Origin: an uncultured cyanobacterium
Lineage (GTDB): Bacteria; Cyanobacteriota; Cyanobacteriia; Cyanobacteriales; CAWCAG01
Reading direction: 5' to 3'
DNA length: 64,000 nt
Assembly (NCBI GenBank): GCA_963793425.1
Contig: CAWCAG010000009.1
Location: 608,001-672,000, forward strand
The first letter of the stretch is position 1; every line of letters begins with the position of its first letter. This document shows positions 63,775 through 64,000 of the stretch, one piece after another. A program made the translations under genes and the position numbers. A model generated the notes under the pieces. The model was given only the letters and a program-made list of their open reading frames with translations. It was not told where the DNA came from and did no database searches.

Positions 63775-64000
63775 ATGTCAGTAATTACTGAATTAAACAA
63801 AAAGACTATCCAAACTTATCAAAGAATTTTCACAAGATCAAAACGAGAATGGTACAAAAAAACAGCAAGGCTAAATCCTCAAACTATTTTCTTACTTGGA
63901 CATCCTAAAGCGGGTACTACGGTTATTGCAGCTTTGCTAAGTAAAATATCAGGAAAAACATTAATTAGTGACCCAATTTTTCGCATTAACAAAAGTGTAA
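63775..64000 (+). CDS. Sulfotransferase, 5' part; runs off window end
   Basis: Not in ORF track. MSVITELN...IFLLGHPKAGTTVIAALL contains the PAPS-binding KAGTT loop and is open to 64000. Confidence 0.8.
   Translation, partial: MSVITELNKKTIQTYQRIFTRSKREWYKKTARLNPQTIFLLGHPKAGTTVIAALLSKISGKTLISDPIFRINKSV

Overview
AT-rich cyanobacterial chromosomal segment, shown by frequent HIP1 octamers (GCGATCGC), heptamer tandem repeats, ndhL and chlM. Most of it is housekeeping and signalling: a partial class I ribonucleotide reductase with tandem NrdR-like boxes, ligA, rubredoxin, coaD-cdv3-gor, miaB, ndhL-trpA, a HelY-like helicase, a Glu dehydrogenase, acr3-arsC, glyQ, two PstS-like proteins, chlM, chrA, and several two-component or c-di-GMP genes. 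There are three accessory zones. (1) At 6.2-10 kb, a nuclease-fold islet holds XisH/XisI, a PD-(D/E)XK protein, an Rpn protein and a protein with an AAR2-like N-terminus. (2) At 23.2-29.4 kb, cassettes twice sit between a gene's 3' end and a displaced, mostly synonymously diverged copy of that end. One cassette is XisH/XisI. The other is an internalin-like LRR gene whose 66-bp repeats vary mainly at binding-face codons, followed by a second LRR cassette cut by a tnpB-only IS200/IS605 element. (3) At 55.5-64 kb, a glycosyltransferase/sulfotransferase cluster runs off the window. A 54-bp IS605 end-fusion mini-element lies at 35.8 kb. I saw no CRISPR array, rRNA, tRNA or reverse transcriptase. 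All family calls come from motif recognition by eye, not database searches.
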